Shown piece by piece: positions 9,701-18,437 of a stretch of DNA of 64,000 nt (position 1 is the stretch's first letter; each line of letters begins with the position of its first letter). The stretch lies in NCBI GenBank assembly GCA_964567185.1, contig CAZMKZ010000003.1, positions 556 to 64,555 on the forward strand. The letters are read 5' to 3'. The notes under the pieces are model-generated. The model was not told the origin of the DNA. It searched no databases and saw only the letters and a list, made by a program, of their open reading frames with translations. The DNA is from an uncultured Thermodesulfobacteriota bacterium. Its GTDB lineage: Bacteria > Desulfobacterota > GWC2-55-46 > JADFVP01. The position numbers were made by a program, and so were the translations under genes.

Positions 9701-9856
9701 GGGCCATGCCGTAGAGACGGCTATTTCGGGCATGGAGACGTTGGGGCTAAGCTGATAGGGCATGGAAAAAAGACCGATAAGCCCGAATAGAGCCACGAAT
9801 ATGACGCCAACTATAACGGTGACAGGTTTTTTTATGGAGAATTTTACGGTATCCAC
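6725..9856 (-). CDS. RND efflux transporter permease (AcrB/HAE1-like)
   Basis: A 1043-aa protein with 12-TMS topology and large periplasmic loops. It sits in an operon with an adaptor, TolC and TetR. Confidence 0.85.
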   Translation of the reverse strand: MDTVKFSIKKPVTVIVGVIFVALFGLIGLFSMPYQLSPNVSMPEIAVSTAWPGATPFEVERDIIEEQEKVLKGIAGLVSMESTSFDNLGTITMRFTIQTDVDDALLRVSNKLNEVLRYPVNVERPVINATGTETAPVIWNILKTLPGNKTNIYSYRTFFENEVRQRLERVEGVADLMVAGGQEKEMHIVVNPARLASYGISITDLSAKLASDNVNISAGTMGVGRRDFRIRTVGETRTPAELGRLVIRNTGQERTLLRDIAEVRYGYHKASVAMFQDGTEGIAVGIKPAPDANILELTDRVEVVIKDLNKGLLKDNGLSFTWVYDQRPYINGAIGLVRENMLIGGALAIITLLIFLGSFSSTLVVAFAIPISVIGTFLCMSLLGRNLNVVSLAGISFAVGMLVDDSIVVLENIDRHLHMGKSAFKAAYDGTVEVWVAILASTVTTVAVFLPVIFMKEEAGQLFRDIALAITFSEILSLVVAVTVIPMLSNKLLSRSLKKNKAIAKRKGGIFGSFGNGLANGYMGLVGWVIKTPLTRIVTIVTLLVLAGGSVFFLMPKMEYLPQGNRNLLMNILIPPPGISYAEKRDIWKNNIFKTIEPHLHKEAGGFPAIKHTFYVGSDQFTLFGAMSEEPSRVRELIPLFRRAIFNIPGFFGISTQASIFQTRLGRGRTIDIDFSGPDISRLVMAAGAMYGILKKEIPDVQLRPVPSLEILYPEVRIKPDRARLRAVGMSVRDLGLITDVLMDGRKIGDFKPKGSKKIDLVLKTSREDIATPEKLYKAQVTTPSGMIVPLSSLSTLERTNGITQIRHLERQRTITLQVTPPRYMPLETVMDGIQNDIIPGVKKAGILGGINVRLSGAADKLTVMRRSLQWNFLLAVIITYLLLSALFGNFIYPIIVMFTVPLAGAGGFIGLKLVNIFIAPSPLDILTMLGFIILIGVVVNNAILIVHQSLNFIRNEGMEHREAVLAATRTRLRPIYMSAFTSVLGMLPLVVAPGPGSELYRGLGSVVLGGLAVSTIFTVLVIPALLMFVIKMEKPGKVAEKS

Positions 9857-9862
9857 AGACCC

Positions 9863-10963
9863 TTACTTCCCCTTATTTATGATAATCACCGGTTGGCCCG
9901 GCCTCAGCCGTTCATTGCCCTTGATGACAATCTTCATGCCGGCCTTCAGGCCTCGGCCTCTGATACCGGCAAGCGAGCCCTTGAACCCGGATATCGAGAC
10001 AGGAAGCATAACGGCCTTTCCTTTCATGACTCCGTATACGGCGCGTTGTCCCATAACAGAGGTAACTGCGTCACGATTTATAAGAAGGGCCTTTATATTT
10101 TTACCCACGGGAAGCCGTACTGTGCCCTCCATGCCTTCATAAAGGCCTTTTTGCCTGTTTTTGATGCGTATCTTTACGGGAAAGGTGCGTGTCCTTATAT
10201 CACCCTGCGGGACTATGGCATGAACCCGGGCAGTGTACTGCTTACCCCCGGAGTTGACCTCAACCTGCCGCTCTCTTTTAATAAAAGGCACCGCCTTTTG
10301 AGGCACGTTAACCACAAGGTACATCTCGCTGTCATTACCCACCGTGGCCACTACGGTGCCGGCGCTCACCCAATCGCCGCGCTCAACTTTTTTTCTCATC
10401 ACAATACCGTCAAAGGGCGCACGTACGGATTTATACGATAACTCTATGGCAAGGCGTTCTATCTCGGCCTTAAGAGAACGTGAACGGCTCTTGAGGCCCT
10501 CCACGGTGAACTTGTACTGGTCATAGTCCTTTCCGGCAAGGAGCTTCTTCTTATAGAGCCCTGTTGCGCGTCTCAGGTCGCTCTTGGCCTTTTGGAGATC
10601 TGATATTACCTCGGCCCATGATGCCTTTTTGGCCTCTATTTCCTTACTGAGCATCGCGGAATTTATGGCGATAAGTACGGCGCCCTTCTTAACCCTCATG
10701 CCGTCCTCTATGTAGAGGGACTTTACCTTTCCGTCTGTCTCCGCGGCAAGATTTGAGACCTCCTTGAAGTATATGGTCCCCGTGAACTCCGACTCCGGGG
10801 CTATCTCTCCCTGACGCAGTGTTGAGACAAGGACCTTTGCCGGCGGAGGCCCCCCCGGTCTTTTTCCATGGCCGGATTTTTTCTCCGCGGCATGGGACGC
10901 AGAGCAGAAGAAGAGCAAAAAGATAAAGAGTATGGGAGTTGACCTTTTGAGATAATCAAACAT
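9863..10963 (-). CDS. RND efflux periplasmic adaptor (membrane fusion protein, HlyD family)
   Basis: Signal peptide, coiled-coil and lipoyl/beta-barrel organisation. The gene is adjacent to the RND permease. Confidence 0.8.
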   Translation of the reverse strand: MFDYLKRSTPILFIFLLFFCSASHAAEKKSGHGKRPGGPPPAKVLVSTLRQGEIAPESEFTGTIYFKEVSNLAAETDGKVKSLYIEDGMRVKKGAVLIAINSAMLSKEIEAKKASWAEVISDLQKAKSDLRRATGLYKKKLLAGKDYDQYKFTVEGLKSRSRSLKAEIERLAIELSYKSVRAPFDGIVMRKKVERGDWVSAGTVVATVGNDSEMYLVVNVPQKAVPFIKRERQVEVNSGGKQYTARVHAIVPQGDIRTRTFPVKIRIKNRQKGLYEGMEGTVRLPVGKNIKALLINRDAVTSVMGQRAVYGVMKGKAVMLPVSISGFKGSLAGIRGRGLKAGMKIVIKGNERLRPGQPVIIINKGK

Positions 10964-11004
10964 GAAAAAGACCCCGCCTGAATTATTTTAAAAGAGAAGA
11001 GCGC

Positions 11005-12372
11005 TTAGAGTTCATTATGAAGTGTTCCCATGGCGTATTTAAGCTCCACGACGGCAAGCTCCAGGTCGAAGAGGGCGTTCATCAGGGACCTGTCCGCCGT
11101 GAGGAGCTCTGTATTGGCGTCCGTTACATCCACGTTTGTGGCAACGCCGCTCTTGAACTGCTCGAAGACCATCCTGTAGTTTTCTCTGGCAAACTTCAAC
11201 TGCCGTTTAAGAGATTTTATGACGGCCTCTTTCTCCGTTACGTCGTTATAGGCCTGTCTCACCTGAACGATAATATCCTTTTTAATGCCACGGAGCTTTA
11301 GGCCCTCTATTCTGAGCTTTGTCCTGGCCTCGCTGAGCTCGGCAACACGCAGGCCCCCCTCGAACAGAGGGTAGGTGACCACGGCCGTGGCGGATATGGA
11401 TTCCTTGAGGAGAAAACTCGTAGAGGGGTTCCTGTCCCTGCGGATGTAATTGCCGTCAACCCTTACGGCAGGAAGAAAACCTGACCACGCCTGCTTTACA
11501 CCCATGGATGCTATCTCCTTATCAAGGGCTGACTGCGTAAGGTCAAGGCGGTTCTTGTAAGCGGTCTTTATAAGCTCCCGGGGGTTAAGTGCTGACGCGG
11601 ACTTTATATGCGGGTCTTCGAGATGAAAGTCCCCAGCCACGGGAACAAAACGCAAAAAAACACTTTTGGCGTTCCGAAGGGCGCTTTTCGCGCTTATCAG
11701 GGCGGCCTCTTTTCCGGCCTCCTCGGATTCAGCGCGGAGGAGATCGGACTTTGTGACCTCGCCCACCTCAAACCTCGCGGCCGCGACCTCCTTTCTCTTT
11801 ACAGACCTTTCGAGGGCGGCCCGCTGTATCTCAACATTCTTCAAGGCCTTGAGCACGCTAAAGTAGCTCCTCGCCGTGTCGCGCATAATGACCTCGCCTG
11901 CGGCCTTTACGCCTTCTTTTGATTTTTTCATGGCGAGCACGGCGGCCCTTCTGCCGTTCCATGAGGCCCCGCCCTTGAAGACGGGCTGGCTTACGACAAG
12001 GGTCAGTAGCCTGCTGTTATCGGGCTGAAGGAGAAAACCGCTTGCCCTTTTATTGGTCGTAAACTTCTCAAAACTTCCTTCTGCCGTTATGCTGGGTAAA
12101 AACTCGGCATCGGCCTTCCTTATATCCGTCTTCGAAAGCGTTACGCCCTCTCCGGCAATTCCCACGTCTTCATGACCCATGACAGCGAGGCGGTATGCGT
12201 CGCTCAATGTAATAAGTTGCCCCCCACCCCCGCCCCCTTTCTCACCGGCCATGGCCGGACCGGGCGTCAGCGCGGTTAGCGTAATAAAAAACGCCGTCAT
12301 AAACAAAAGCAGACCTTTTGCATGGAGACGGCTAAATATCAAACCGGCGTCCTTAATCTCACCTGTGCTCAT
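11005..12372 (-). CDS. TolC-family outer membrane efflux protein
   Basis: A 455-aa protein with a signal peptide and duplicated coiled-coil/beta repeats. It is first in the efflux operon after the tetR gene. Confidence 0.75.
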   Translation of the reverse strand: MSTGEIKDAGLIFSRLHAKGLLLFMTAFFITLTALTPGPAMAGEKGGGGGGQLITLSDAYRLAVMGHEDVGIAGEGVTLSKTDIRKADAEFLPSITAEGSFEKFTTNKRASGFLLQPDNSRLLTLVVSQPVFKGGASWNGRRAAVLAMKKSKEGVKAAGEVIMRDTARSYFSVLKALKNVEIQRAALERSVKRKEVAAARFEVGEVTKSDLLRAESEEAGKEAALISAKSALRNAKSVFLRFVPVAGDFHLEDPHIKSASALNPRELIKTAYKNRLDLTQSALDKEIASMGVKQAWSGFLPAVRVDGNYIRRDRNPSTSFLLKESISATAVVTYPLFEGGLRVAELSEARTKLRIEGLKLRGIKKDIIVQVRQAYNDVTEKEAVIKSLKRQLKFARENYRMVFEQFKSGVATNVDVTDANTELLTADRSLMNALFDLELAVVELKYAMGTLHNEL

Positions 12373-12983
12373 TACTGCCTCCTGCTTATGCCGTCAAAAA
12401 AAATGTCCACAAAGGTCAGTGCCGCCTCGGTGGTTGAAAAACTGAAGCACTTCTTCAGGCCGTATATCTCCTGCGTCATGACGTAATGCAGGACCATGCC
12501 GAGAAATGCCCGTGCCGCGAGCCCCGGGTTTACATCCTTGAAGACACCCGCTTTTATAAGCCCCTTGATATTACTCTCAAGAAATTCGATAAGGTCCAGG
12601 CCCTTTGTCCTGATAAATACCCTGGATAGCTCCTGCTGCTCAAGGGCGCTCTGCATGAGGAGCCTCATGAGGGTCTGATCCGACGTATTTTCCCTTATGA
12701 GGTAGAGGGCCATCTCATGAAACAGCTCCCTGCCCTCCTTGCCCTCAAGGGCCCCCAGAAGGCGCGACCTTCCAAGATTGTCATCGCATTCAACGCCGAT
12801 TATGGCCTTGTAAAGGTCCTCTTTCTTTGAAAAATACTTATATATGACGGCCTCGCTAATGCCTGCCTTACGCGCTATCTCCCTTGTAGTAGTACCCTTA
12901 AAGCCCTTTTTTACAAAAAGAGCCGTCGCCACACGCACAATCTGGCTCTTCCTCTTCTCAGCGGTTAGCCGCTTTCTGGTCAC
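12372..12983 (-). CDS. TetR/AcrR-family transcriptional repressor
   Basis: N-terminal HTH TTTREIARKAGISEAVIYKYFSKKEDLY. The stop codon overlaps the tolC start. Confidence 0.85.
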   Translation of the reverse strand: MTRKRLTAEKRKSQIVRVATALFVKKGFKGTTTREIARKAGISEAVIYKYFSKKEDLYKAIIGVECDDNLGRSRLLGALEGKEGRELFHEMALYLIRENTSDQTLMRLLMQSALEQQELSRVFIRTKGLDLIEFLESNIKGLIKAGVFKDVNPGLAARAFLGMVLHYVMTQEIYGLKKCFSFSTTEAALTFVDIFFDGISRRQ

Positions 12984-13173
12984 AGCCCCGTTCCTCCTGT
13001 TTTTAGTAAGTAAGCACTTACTATATTACACTGCGGAGGCTATTTGTCAAGGACTAAAACTCCGCTCATCCCCTGCCCTTTTGCCGGGGTCATGAGGGCC
13101 GATGAATCGTTCAGAAATAGCGAAAAACCCGCAGTGATTAATGAAAGGCCCTCTGCGGTAATAAAATAAAATC

Positions 13174-13210
13174 TTGACACCGATGATTGCTACGTATGAT
13201 ATTGTATGAT
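13174..13210 (+). promoter_or_regulatory. Candidate sigma70 promoter (TTGACA-17-TGATAT) overlapped by three ATGAT(T/A) hexamer repeats, Fur/Zur-box-like
   Basis: cTTGACAccgATGATTgctacgtATGATATtgtATGATTATG immediately 5' of the metal ABC transporter ATPase gene. Confidence 0.3.
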
Positions 13211-13901
13211 TATGAGTTTACTTGAGGTTAAGGATATGAGCGTCGAGATAGGCGGTGTTGTGGTCCTTCGGAACATGACCTTCACCCTTGAGCAGAGGTC
13301 TATCCTTGCAATCATAGGCCCTAACGGGGCGGGAAAGACCGTCTTGCTTAAGGCCCTGCTCGGCCTCATGCCCTCTACGGGGAGCATAAAATGGCGGGCC
13401 GGCATAAAAAAAGGCTATGTTCCTCAACGCCTTGACATAGAAACAGATATTCCCCTCACGGTGAGAGAGTTTTTCAGACTGCGCCGCGAAAGTCCCTCTG
13501 ATGCGAAGATAAGACAAGCCCTTGGTTACGTGCAGCTCGACGCCAAAATACTTGAGAACGGCTTTGGAGAGATATCCGTGGGGCAGCGCCAGAGGGTGCT
13601 TGTGGCATGGGCGGTCCTCGGTGAACCCGATGTCCTTCTCTTTGACGAGCCTACGGCGGATATCGACGTGGCCGGACAGGAGTCCATCTACAACATGATA
13701 ACCCACCTGAAAGACAACCTTGGCCTTACGGTCATACTCGTCTCCCATGACCTTAACGTTGTATATTCCCATGCCGCCAAGGTCCTCTGTATTAACAAGG
13801 AAACCCTCTGCATCGGAAAACCGCAAGAGGTCCTTACGCCGGAGCAGTTACAGAGTCTTTACGGCAGTGAGAACGCATTCTTCAAGCACAGGCACGGATG
13901 A
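13206..13901 (+). CDS. znuC: Metal (Zn/Mn) ABC transporter ATP-binding protein, ZnuC-like
   Basis: Walker A GPNGAGKT, ABC signature, Walker B and an LLEVKDMSVEIGG N-terminus typical of ZnuC/MntB. The true start is possibly 13212 or 13236. Confidence 0.8.
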   Translation: MIMSLLEVKDMSVEIGGVVVLRNMTFTLEQRSILAIIGPNGAGKTVLLKALLGLMPSTGSIKWRAGIKKGYVPQRLDIETDIPLTVREFFRLRRESPSDAKIRQALGYVQLDAKILENGFGEISVGQRQRVLVAWAVLGEPDVLLFDEPTADIDVAGQESIYNMITHLKDNLGLTVILVSHDLNVVYSHAAKVLCINKETLCIGKPQEVLTPEQLQSLYGSENAFFKHRHG

Positions 13902-13928
13902 TAATGGCTAAAGGTCCGGTTAAACACC

Positions 13929-14699
13929 ATGCATGATATCATCCTGCCCATAATCGTATCGGCCTTTGTAGCCGCCGCGGCCAGCCTGCTCGGCTCCTTT
14001 GCCGTGCTTAAAAGAATGGCCCTCGTAGGAGACGCCCTCTCGCATGTGGCCCTGCCCGGCCTTGCCATAGCGCTTTTGCTGAATATCAACCCCTTTATCG
14101 GGGCCCTTGCCTTCCTCCTTGTATCGGTCTTCGGCATATGGGCGGTGCAGAATAAATCCACCCTCCCCATTGATACCATAGTGGGAGTCTTTTTTACATC
14201 CAGCCTCGCTCTCGGCGCCCTCATAACACCGGAGCACGAGCTCCTTGAGGCGCTCTTCGGAAATATCCTCGACCTTGGATGGATGGAATCTCTTGTGACT
14301 ATCATCATCTCCATCATCCTCATAGCCGTAGTGCTTAAGATTTACAAGACTATTACACTTAATATGGTCTCGCCTGAGATCGCACACTCCGTGGGGATTA
14401 ACACCAAGCTGATTGACCTTGTGTATCTCCTCATCTTCGCCGTGTCCGTTGCTCAGGGCATCCGTTTCGTAGGGGCCCTCATGATGGGCTCTCTCGTCAT
14501 AGTGCCGGCCGCCACGGCCAAGAATATCTCAAAGAGCATTACGGGGTACATGAGGTGGAGCATGGCCTTCGGCATCGCCGCGGCCGTGCTTGGGATAATC
14601 ATATCAAGGATAGCGGAACTCCCCCCGGGACCTGTTTTCATACTGCTATGCGCCCTGTTTTTCATAGTAACATTTATCATCTCTGTTCTAAAAAAATAG
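13929..14699 (+). CDS. znuB: Metal ABC transporter permease (ABC-3 family, ZnuB-like)
   Basis: A 256-aa polytopic permease immediately downstream of the ATPase. Confidence 0.8.
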   Translation: MHDIILPIIVSAFVAAAASLLGSFAVLKRMALVGDALSHVALPGLAIALLLNINPFIGALAFLLVSVFGIWAVQNKSTLPIDTIVGVFFTSSLALGALITPEHELLEALFGNILDLGWMESLVTIIISIILIAVVLKIYKTITLNMVSPEIAHSVGINTKLIDLVYLLIFAVSVAQGIRFVGALMMGSLVIVPAATAKNISKSITGYMRWSMAFGIAAAVLGIIISRIAELPPGPVFILLCALFFIVTFIISVLKK

Positions 14700-14730
14700 A
14701 GCCTTAATATTTTTTTTTAAAAAAATCAGC

Positions 14731-14750
14731 TATCCCCCCCCAAAGGGGGA
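14731..14750 (+). terminator. Hairpin TCCCCCCCaaaGGGGGA after znuB
   Basis: An inverted repeat flanked by T and A runs, read directly from the sequence. Confidence 0.4.
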
Positions 14751-14779
14751 TTGACATTAACTTAAAGTTGATATATAAA
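14751..14779 (+). promoter_or_regulatory. Sigma70-type promoter TTGACA-17-TATAAA for the PilZ gene
   Basis: TTGACA at 14751-14756 and TATAAA at 14774-14779. The RBS GGAGGA lies 6 bp before the ATG at 14803. Confidence 0.5.
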
Positions 14780-14802
14780 AGTGTCTAAGACCGGAGGATA
14801 AT

Positions 14803-15081
14803 ATGCTTGATAGAGGCTATCCAAGAACGCCACTTAACAAAACAAGCTGGTTCGAGGTCAATAGCTTTAATCAAAACACCGAACCAGTGGACGCTGACAT
14901 CGTTGATGTGAGCTCTGCGGGGGCCTGCATCCAGAGCGAGAAAGTCCTCGACCCGGGAAGGGTCATAACCCTCTGGATGGAGCTCAAATACACGGAAGTT
15001 CAGGTTCCGTGTATCGCCGAGGTCAGGTGGTCAAAAGCCGTAAAGAATCAGTTTAAAATGGGCCTTCAGTTCCTTAAATAA
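14803..15081 (+). CDS. PilZ domain protein (c-di-GMP-binding domain family)
   Basis: A 92-aa protein with a beta-barrel PilZ pattern: VDADIVDVSSAGACIQ...GLQF. Confidence 0.6.
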   Translation: MLDRGYPRTPLNKTSWFEVNSFNQNTEPVDADIVDVSSAGACIQSEKVLDPGRVITLWMELKYTEVQVPCIAEVRWSKAVKNQFKMGLQFLK

Positions 15082-15212
15082 CGCATCACCCCGGCAGATT
15101 TTTTCCCGGGTAGCCGAAAAAGGGAGTACAGGGGGCAGGCGTAGTGACGACACAGTGTTTTTTACGCGTAACAATATGCCAATAGATTATCAAATATTTT
15201 CATCATGAGATC

Positions 15213-15250
15213 AAAAAAAGGGCCTTCCAGACGGAAGGCCCTTTTTTTTT
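15213..15250. terminator. Bidirectional rho-independent terminator between the PilZ gene (+) and apt (-)
   Basis: AAAAAAAGGGCCTTCCagacGGAAGGCCCTTTTTTTTT, a perfect stem with an A-run on one side and a T-run on the other. Confidence 0.8.
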
Positions 15251-15280
15251 GCGTCTGCAATACTCTTCCGCAAACTCCCC

Positions 15281-15802
15281 TTAAAACTTGAGGAGCGAAA
15301 AAATGGGGACGCCGCCGAGCTTCTCCCTGCCCTTTAATTCCTCAAGCTCTATTATAAAGGCGCATTCCCTGATATCGGCGCCCATGTCCCTGACAAGCTC
15401 CACAACAGCGCCGGCCGTGCCCCCCGTGGCGAGCAGGTCATCGGCTATAATAACCTTCTGTCCCTTGTTTATAGCGTCCTGATGTATCTCCAGAGAGTCT
15501 TCTCCATACTCAAGGCTATACGTTGTCTTATGGGTCTTATGCGGCAATTTACCCGGTTTTCTCACAAGGACCACGCCTGCGCCTATCTTGTAGGCAAGGG
15601 CCGCGCCGATTACAAAACCCCTCGCCTCTACGCCTACCACCAGCTCAATGCCCTTGCCCACGTACCTGTGACCAAGGAGATCAACGGTGCGCTGAAAGGA
15701 CAACGGGTCCTTGCACAATGTGGTGATATCCTTAAAAAGTATCCCTTTTTTGGGAAAGTCCGGTATGTTCCTTATTGATTCCTTTAATTTTTCCGTCATC
15801 AT
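15281..15802 (-). CDS. apt: Adenine phosphoribosyltransferase
   Basis: PRPP-binding motif [33 protein letters not shown]. Confidence 0.9.
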   Translation of the reverse strand: MMTEKLKESIRNIPDFPKKGILFKDITTLCKDPLSFQRTVDLLGHRYVGKGIELVVGVEARGFVIGAALAYKIGAGVVLVRKPGKLPHKTHKTTYSLEYGEDSLEIHQDAINKGQKVIIADDLLATGGTAGAVVELVRDMGADIRECAFIIELEELKGREKLGGVPIFSLLKF

Positions 15803-15837
15803 TGCTCTCCTTTTCCGTGTTTTTTTTCTTGTTCAGT

Positions 15838-16548
15838 TCATAACCGTGGCAGGAAAAAAAGCGGGTTAACGGGGTCTTTTCCCTCCCGTACCTCGAAGTG
15901 AATAAAGGTGTCCCTGGTCTCCTTCGAGCCTGCCTTTGCTATTGTCTCGCCTTTTTTTACCTCGTCGCCCTTTGATACAGCCCTGGTCTTGATATTGGCG
16001 TATACGGTGTATATGTCGTGGCTGTGTTTGATGATAATTATCTTACCATATGTCCTGAAGGTATCGGCCACATATACAACACGGCCTTCCCTGGCCGCCT
16101 TTACAGGGGTGTTATCACGGGCAAGTATATCAATCCCGTCGTTTCGTATCCCGTCTTTTGTGCCAAAGGCGTTCAGCAGCCGCCCCTTTACGGGCCAGAG
16201 AAAGCCGCCCCTGTATTTCACGGCGGTCCTCTTAGCGGCAGATGGCCTTGAGGCCGTCTTTACACCGGCGGGCGGAACCTTTAGCCTCCTTTTTGCACCT
16301 GGGATGTATAATCTGGTTCCGATATTTATATCGCGGGGGTCTCTTATGTGGTTGGCCCGTATTACCTTCTCTATTTTCACATCATAGGTACGCGATATCC
16401 TCCACAGTGTCTCGCCTCCTCTCACGGTATGATATACACCGCCACCGCCAAAACACGAGGTTAGCGCAACTAAAAGGATAATCAGCATAGCCGGTCTCTT
16501 TACCGGCACCGGCCTCAACCTTAAAATATCCGCAATCAAGAGTATCAT
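15838..16548 (-). CDS. nlpD: LysM + M23 peptidoglycan DD-metalloendopeptidase (NlpD-like)
   Basis: LysM motif YHTVRGGETLWRISRTY...IGTRLYIP, a C-terminal M23 domain and genomic linkage to surE-pcm. Confidence 0.8.
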   Translation of the reverse strand: MILLIADILRLRPVPVKRPAMLIILLVALTSCFGGGGVYHTVRGGETLWRISRTYDVKIEKVIRANHIRDPRDINIGTRLYIPGAKRRLKVPPAGVKTASRPSAAKRTAVKYRGGFLWPVKGRLLNAFGTKDGIRNDGIDILARDNTPVKAAREGRVVYVADTFRTYGKIIIIKHSHDIYTVYANIKTRAVSKGDEVKKGETIAKAGSKETRDTFIHFEVREGKDPVNPLFFLPRL

Positions 16549-16572
16549 GAGAAGACCATGTAAAGGGTTGGC

Positions 16573-17073
16573 TCACCGAATCTTCCGCTCATTATCCATG
16601 GCCTTGATGGCCATATTCACGGCCTCTTCAGGGGTCCCGGCCGCCAGATCCTTTATTATATCCCATGTATGAAGGCCGATTACAGGTATGCCGGCCTTCC
16701 TGCCAAGGGCTATCTCCGAGAGGGTCCCGTAGCTCCCTCCTATGGCGATAAGGGCCTTTGAGGCGCGAACCACGAGAAGGTTGCGAATGTCTCCAAGCCC
16801 CGTAGGAATGATTAACTCCATATAAGGGTTGGCAGCGGCGGCGTCAAGTCCGGGCAATATGCCCACCGTAAGGCCGCCCTCACTCCCGCACCCCTCTGCC
16901 GAGGCCTCCATGACACCGCCGAGACCGCCGTTTACAAGACCAAAGCCATTTAAAGCGATAAGTCTGCCCACCTCAAAGGCCATCTCCCACGTTGCCGGTT
17001 CACAGCGCCCGCCGCCGATTACGCCTATGAGGGGCCTGTTTTTTTTATCAGCCATAACCCCGCCTTTTTTCAT
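16573..17073 (-). CDS. TIGR00725-family (SLOG/LOG-like Rossmann) protein
   Basis: GVIGGGRC...GLVNGGLGGVMEA...IAIGGSYGTLSEIAL pattern. Confidence 0.65.
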   Translation of the reverse strand: MKKGGVMADKKNRPLIGVIGGGRCEPATWEMAFEVGRLIALNGFGLVNGGLGGVMEASAEGCGSEGGLTVGILPGLDAAAANPYMELIIPTGLGDIRNLLVVRASKALIAIGGSYGTLSEIALGRKAGIPVIGLHTWDIIKDLAAGTPEEAVNMAIKAMDNERKIR

Positions 17074-17074
17074 G

Positions 17075-17656
17075 CTACAGGACGAGCTTCACAAGAACAA
17101 ACCCGGCGATAAGCAGTATGACGAATAAAAGGGTAAGGATATTGAAGTATTTCTCGATAAATATCCTTATCGGTTTTCCGTATCTTCGTATGAGCAGGGC
17201 TATTATAAAGAACCTCGCGGACCTGCTGACAAAGGAGGCCGCTACAAAGACAAGGAAATTTATCCTGAAGGCCCCCGCCGTAATGGTAAAAACCTTGTAT
17301 GGTATGGGGGTAAAACCGGCTATGGCAACGGCCCACGCGTCGTAATGCCTGTACAGGCCCTGAATATAATCGAATTTATCGGCCAGGCCGTACAGATTTA
17401 TTATATGGGTACCGATAAACTCCATGAAATAGAGACCTATGCCGTAACCCAGTATGCCGCCGGTTACGGAACCAACAGAGGCTATGGCCGCGAAATACAG
17501 CGACCGTGCGGGAATAGAGAGGGCCAGCGCTATGAGCAGTACGTCCGGCGGGATTGGAAAAAAAGACGACTCCGCGAAGGCCAGCACAAAGAGGGCCACT
17601 GCCCCGTGCGGTTTGTGGGCCCAGCCAAGGACCCAGTCATAGAGCTTTTTTACCAT
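17075..17656 (-). CDS. DedA/YqaA-family (SNARE-associated) membrane protein
   Basis: A 193-aa protein with AESSFFPIPPDVLLIALA in its DedA core. Confidence 0.6.
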   Translation of the reverse strand: MVKKLYDWVLGWAHKPHGAVALFVLAFAESSFFPIPPDVLLIALALSIPARSLYFAAIASVGSVTGGILGYGIGLYFMEFIGTHIINLYGLADKFDYIQGLYRHYDAWAVAIAGFTPIPYKVFTITAGAFRINFLVFVAASFVSRSARFFIIALLIRRYGKPIRIFIEKYFNILTLLFVILLIAGFVLVKLVL

Positions 17657-17714
17657 AGGTTGCCGTTAAAAAAGGTTTGGTTGCCGAAAAGACAAAAATC
17701 GCTGATAAAACCCA

Positions 17715-18407
17715 TCAAGAGGCCTTCTTTGCAGGCCAGCCGTCCTTGCCGAGGAGCCTAACGAAACGGCATGGGCCAAGGTCGATTTGCTCGAAAGCAG
17801 AGCCCTGTCTTGTGGCAAGGATAATGTGCTGGTCGTCAAAATCAGCGCCCACGGGCATGATAAGCCTTCCGCCGGGACGAAGCTGGGCAAGGAGCCCGGC
17901 CGGCAGATGTGGCCCCGAAGCCCCTACTATTATCGCGTCAAAAGGGGCCTCTTCAGGCCATCCAAGGGTGCCGTCGCCTACCCTTATGACAACATTCGAG
18001 CAGTGAAAATCGTCAAGAAGCCTCCTCGATTTAGCGGCTATCCTCGATAGGCGCTCCATGCAGAAGACCCTTTCGGCCAGAAGTGATAGCACGGCGCTCT
18101 GATACCCCGAGCCCGAGCCCACGTCAAGGACCTTCTCACTCCCCTTTAGCCCCAGCCGCTCTATCATAAAGGCCACCATGTAGGGCTGAGTAATGGTCTG
18201 CTTCTCGCCTATTGGAAGGGCATGGTCGCCGTAGGCCCTTGCCGCGAATCCCTCCTCCACAAAGAGGTGCCTTGGAACAATTGAGAGGGCTTTTAAGAGG
18301 CGTTTGTCGCTTATACCGCGCCTTACAAGCTGCTCCTCAACCATGCGGGCCCTTGATATGGAGTAGGCGTCGCGGGCCTTTACACGTATGCCATGAGGAT
18401 TTACCAT
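17715..18407 (-). CDS. pcm: Protein-L-isoaspartate O-methyltransferase
   Basis: SAM motif VLDVGSGSGYQSAVLS and PIMT N-terminal motifs. The gene is adjacent to surE. Confidence 0.9.
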   Translation of the reverse strand: MVNPHGIRVKARDAYSISRARMVEEQLVRRGISDKRLLKALSIVPRHLFVEEGFAARAYGDHALPIGEKQTITQPYMVAFMIERLGLKGSEKVLDVGSGSGYQSAVLSLLAERVFCMERLSRIAAKSRRLLDDFHCSNVVIRVGDGTLGWPEEAPFDAIIVGASGPHLPAGLLAQLRPGGRLIMPVGADFDDQHIILATRQGSAFEQIDLGPCRFVRLLGKDGWPAKKAS

Positions 18408-18437
18408 GCCGCTTCATACTCCCGGGACCGCCATTTT

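Noticed and set aside
9053-9790. A 245-aa plus-strand ORF inside the RND permease gene. Similar long antisense ORFs lie at 25457-26218 (inside relA), 38067-39224 (inside leuA), 41248-42027 (inside ilvC), 43932-44471 (inside ilvB), 30138-30761 (inside the phosphoesterase gene) and 13218-13826 (inside znuC).
   Set aside because: These are shadow ORFs on the strand opposite well-supported conserved genes. GC-rich coding DNA yields long stop-free antisense frames, and none of them has recognisable motifs.
12215-12240. A CCCCCCACCCCCGCCCCC tract.
   Set aside because: It lies inside tolC and encodes a poly-Gly linker (GGGGGGQ). It is coding low complexity, not a regulatory repeat.
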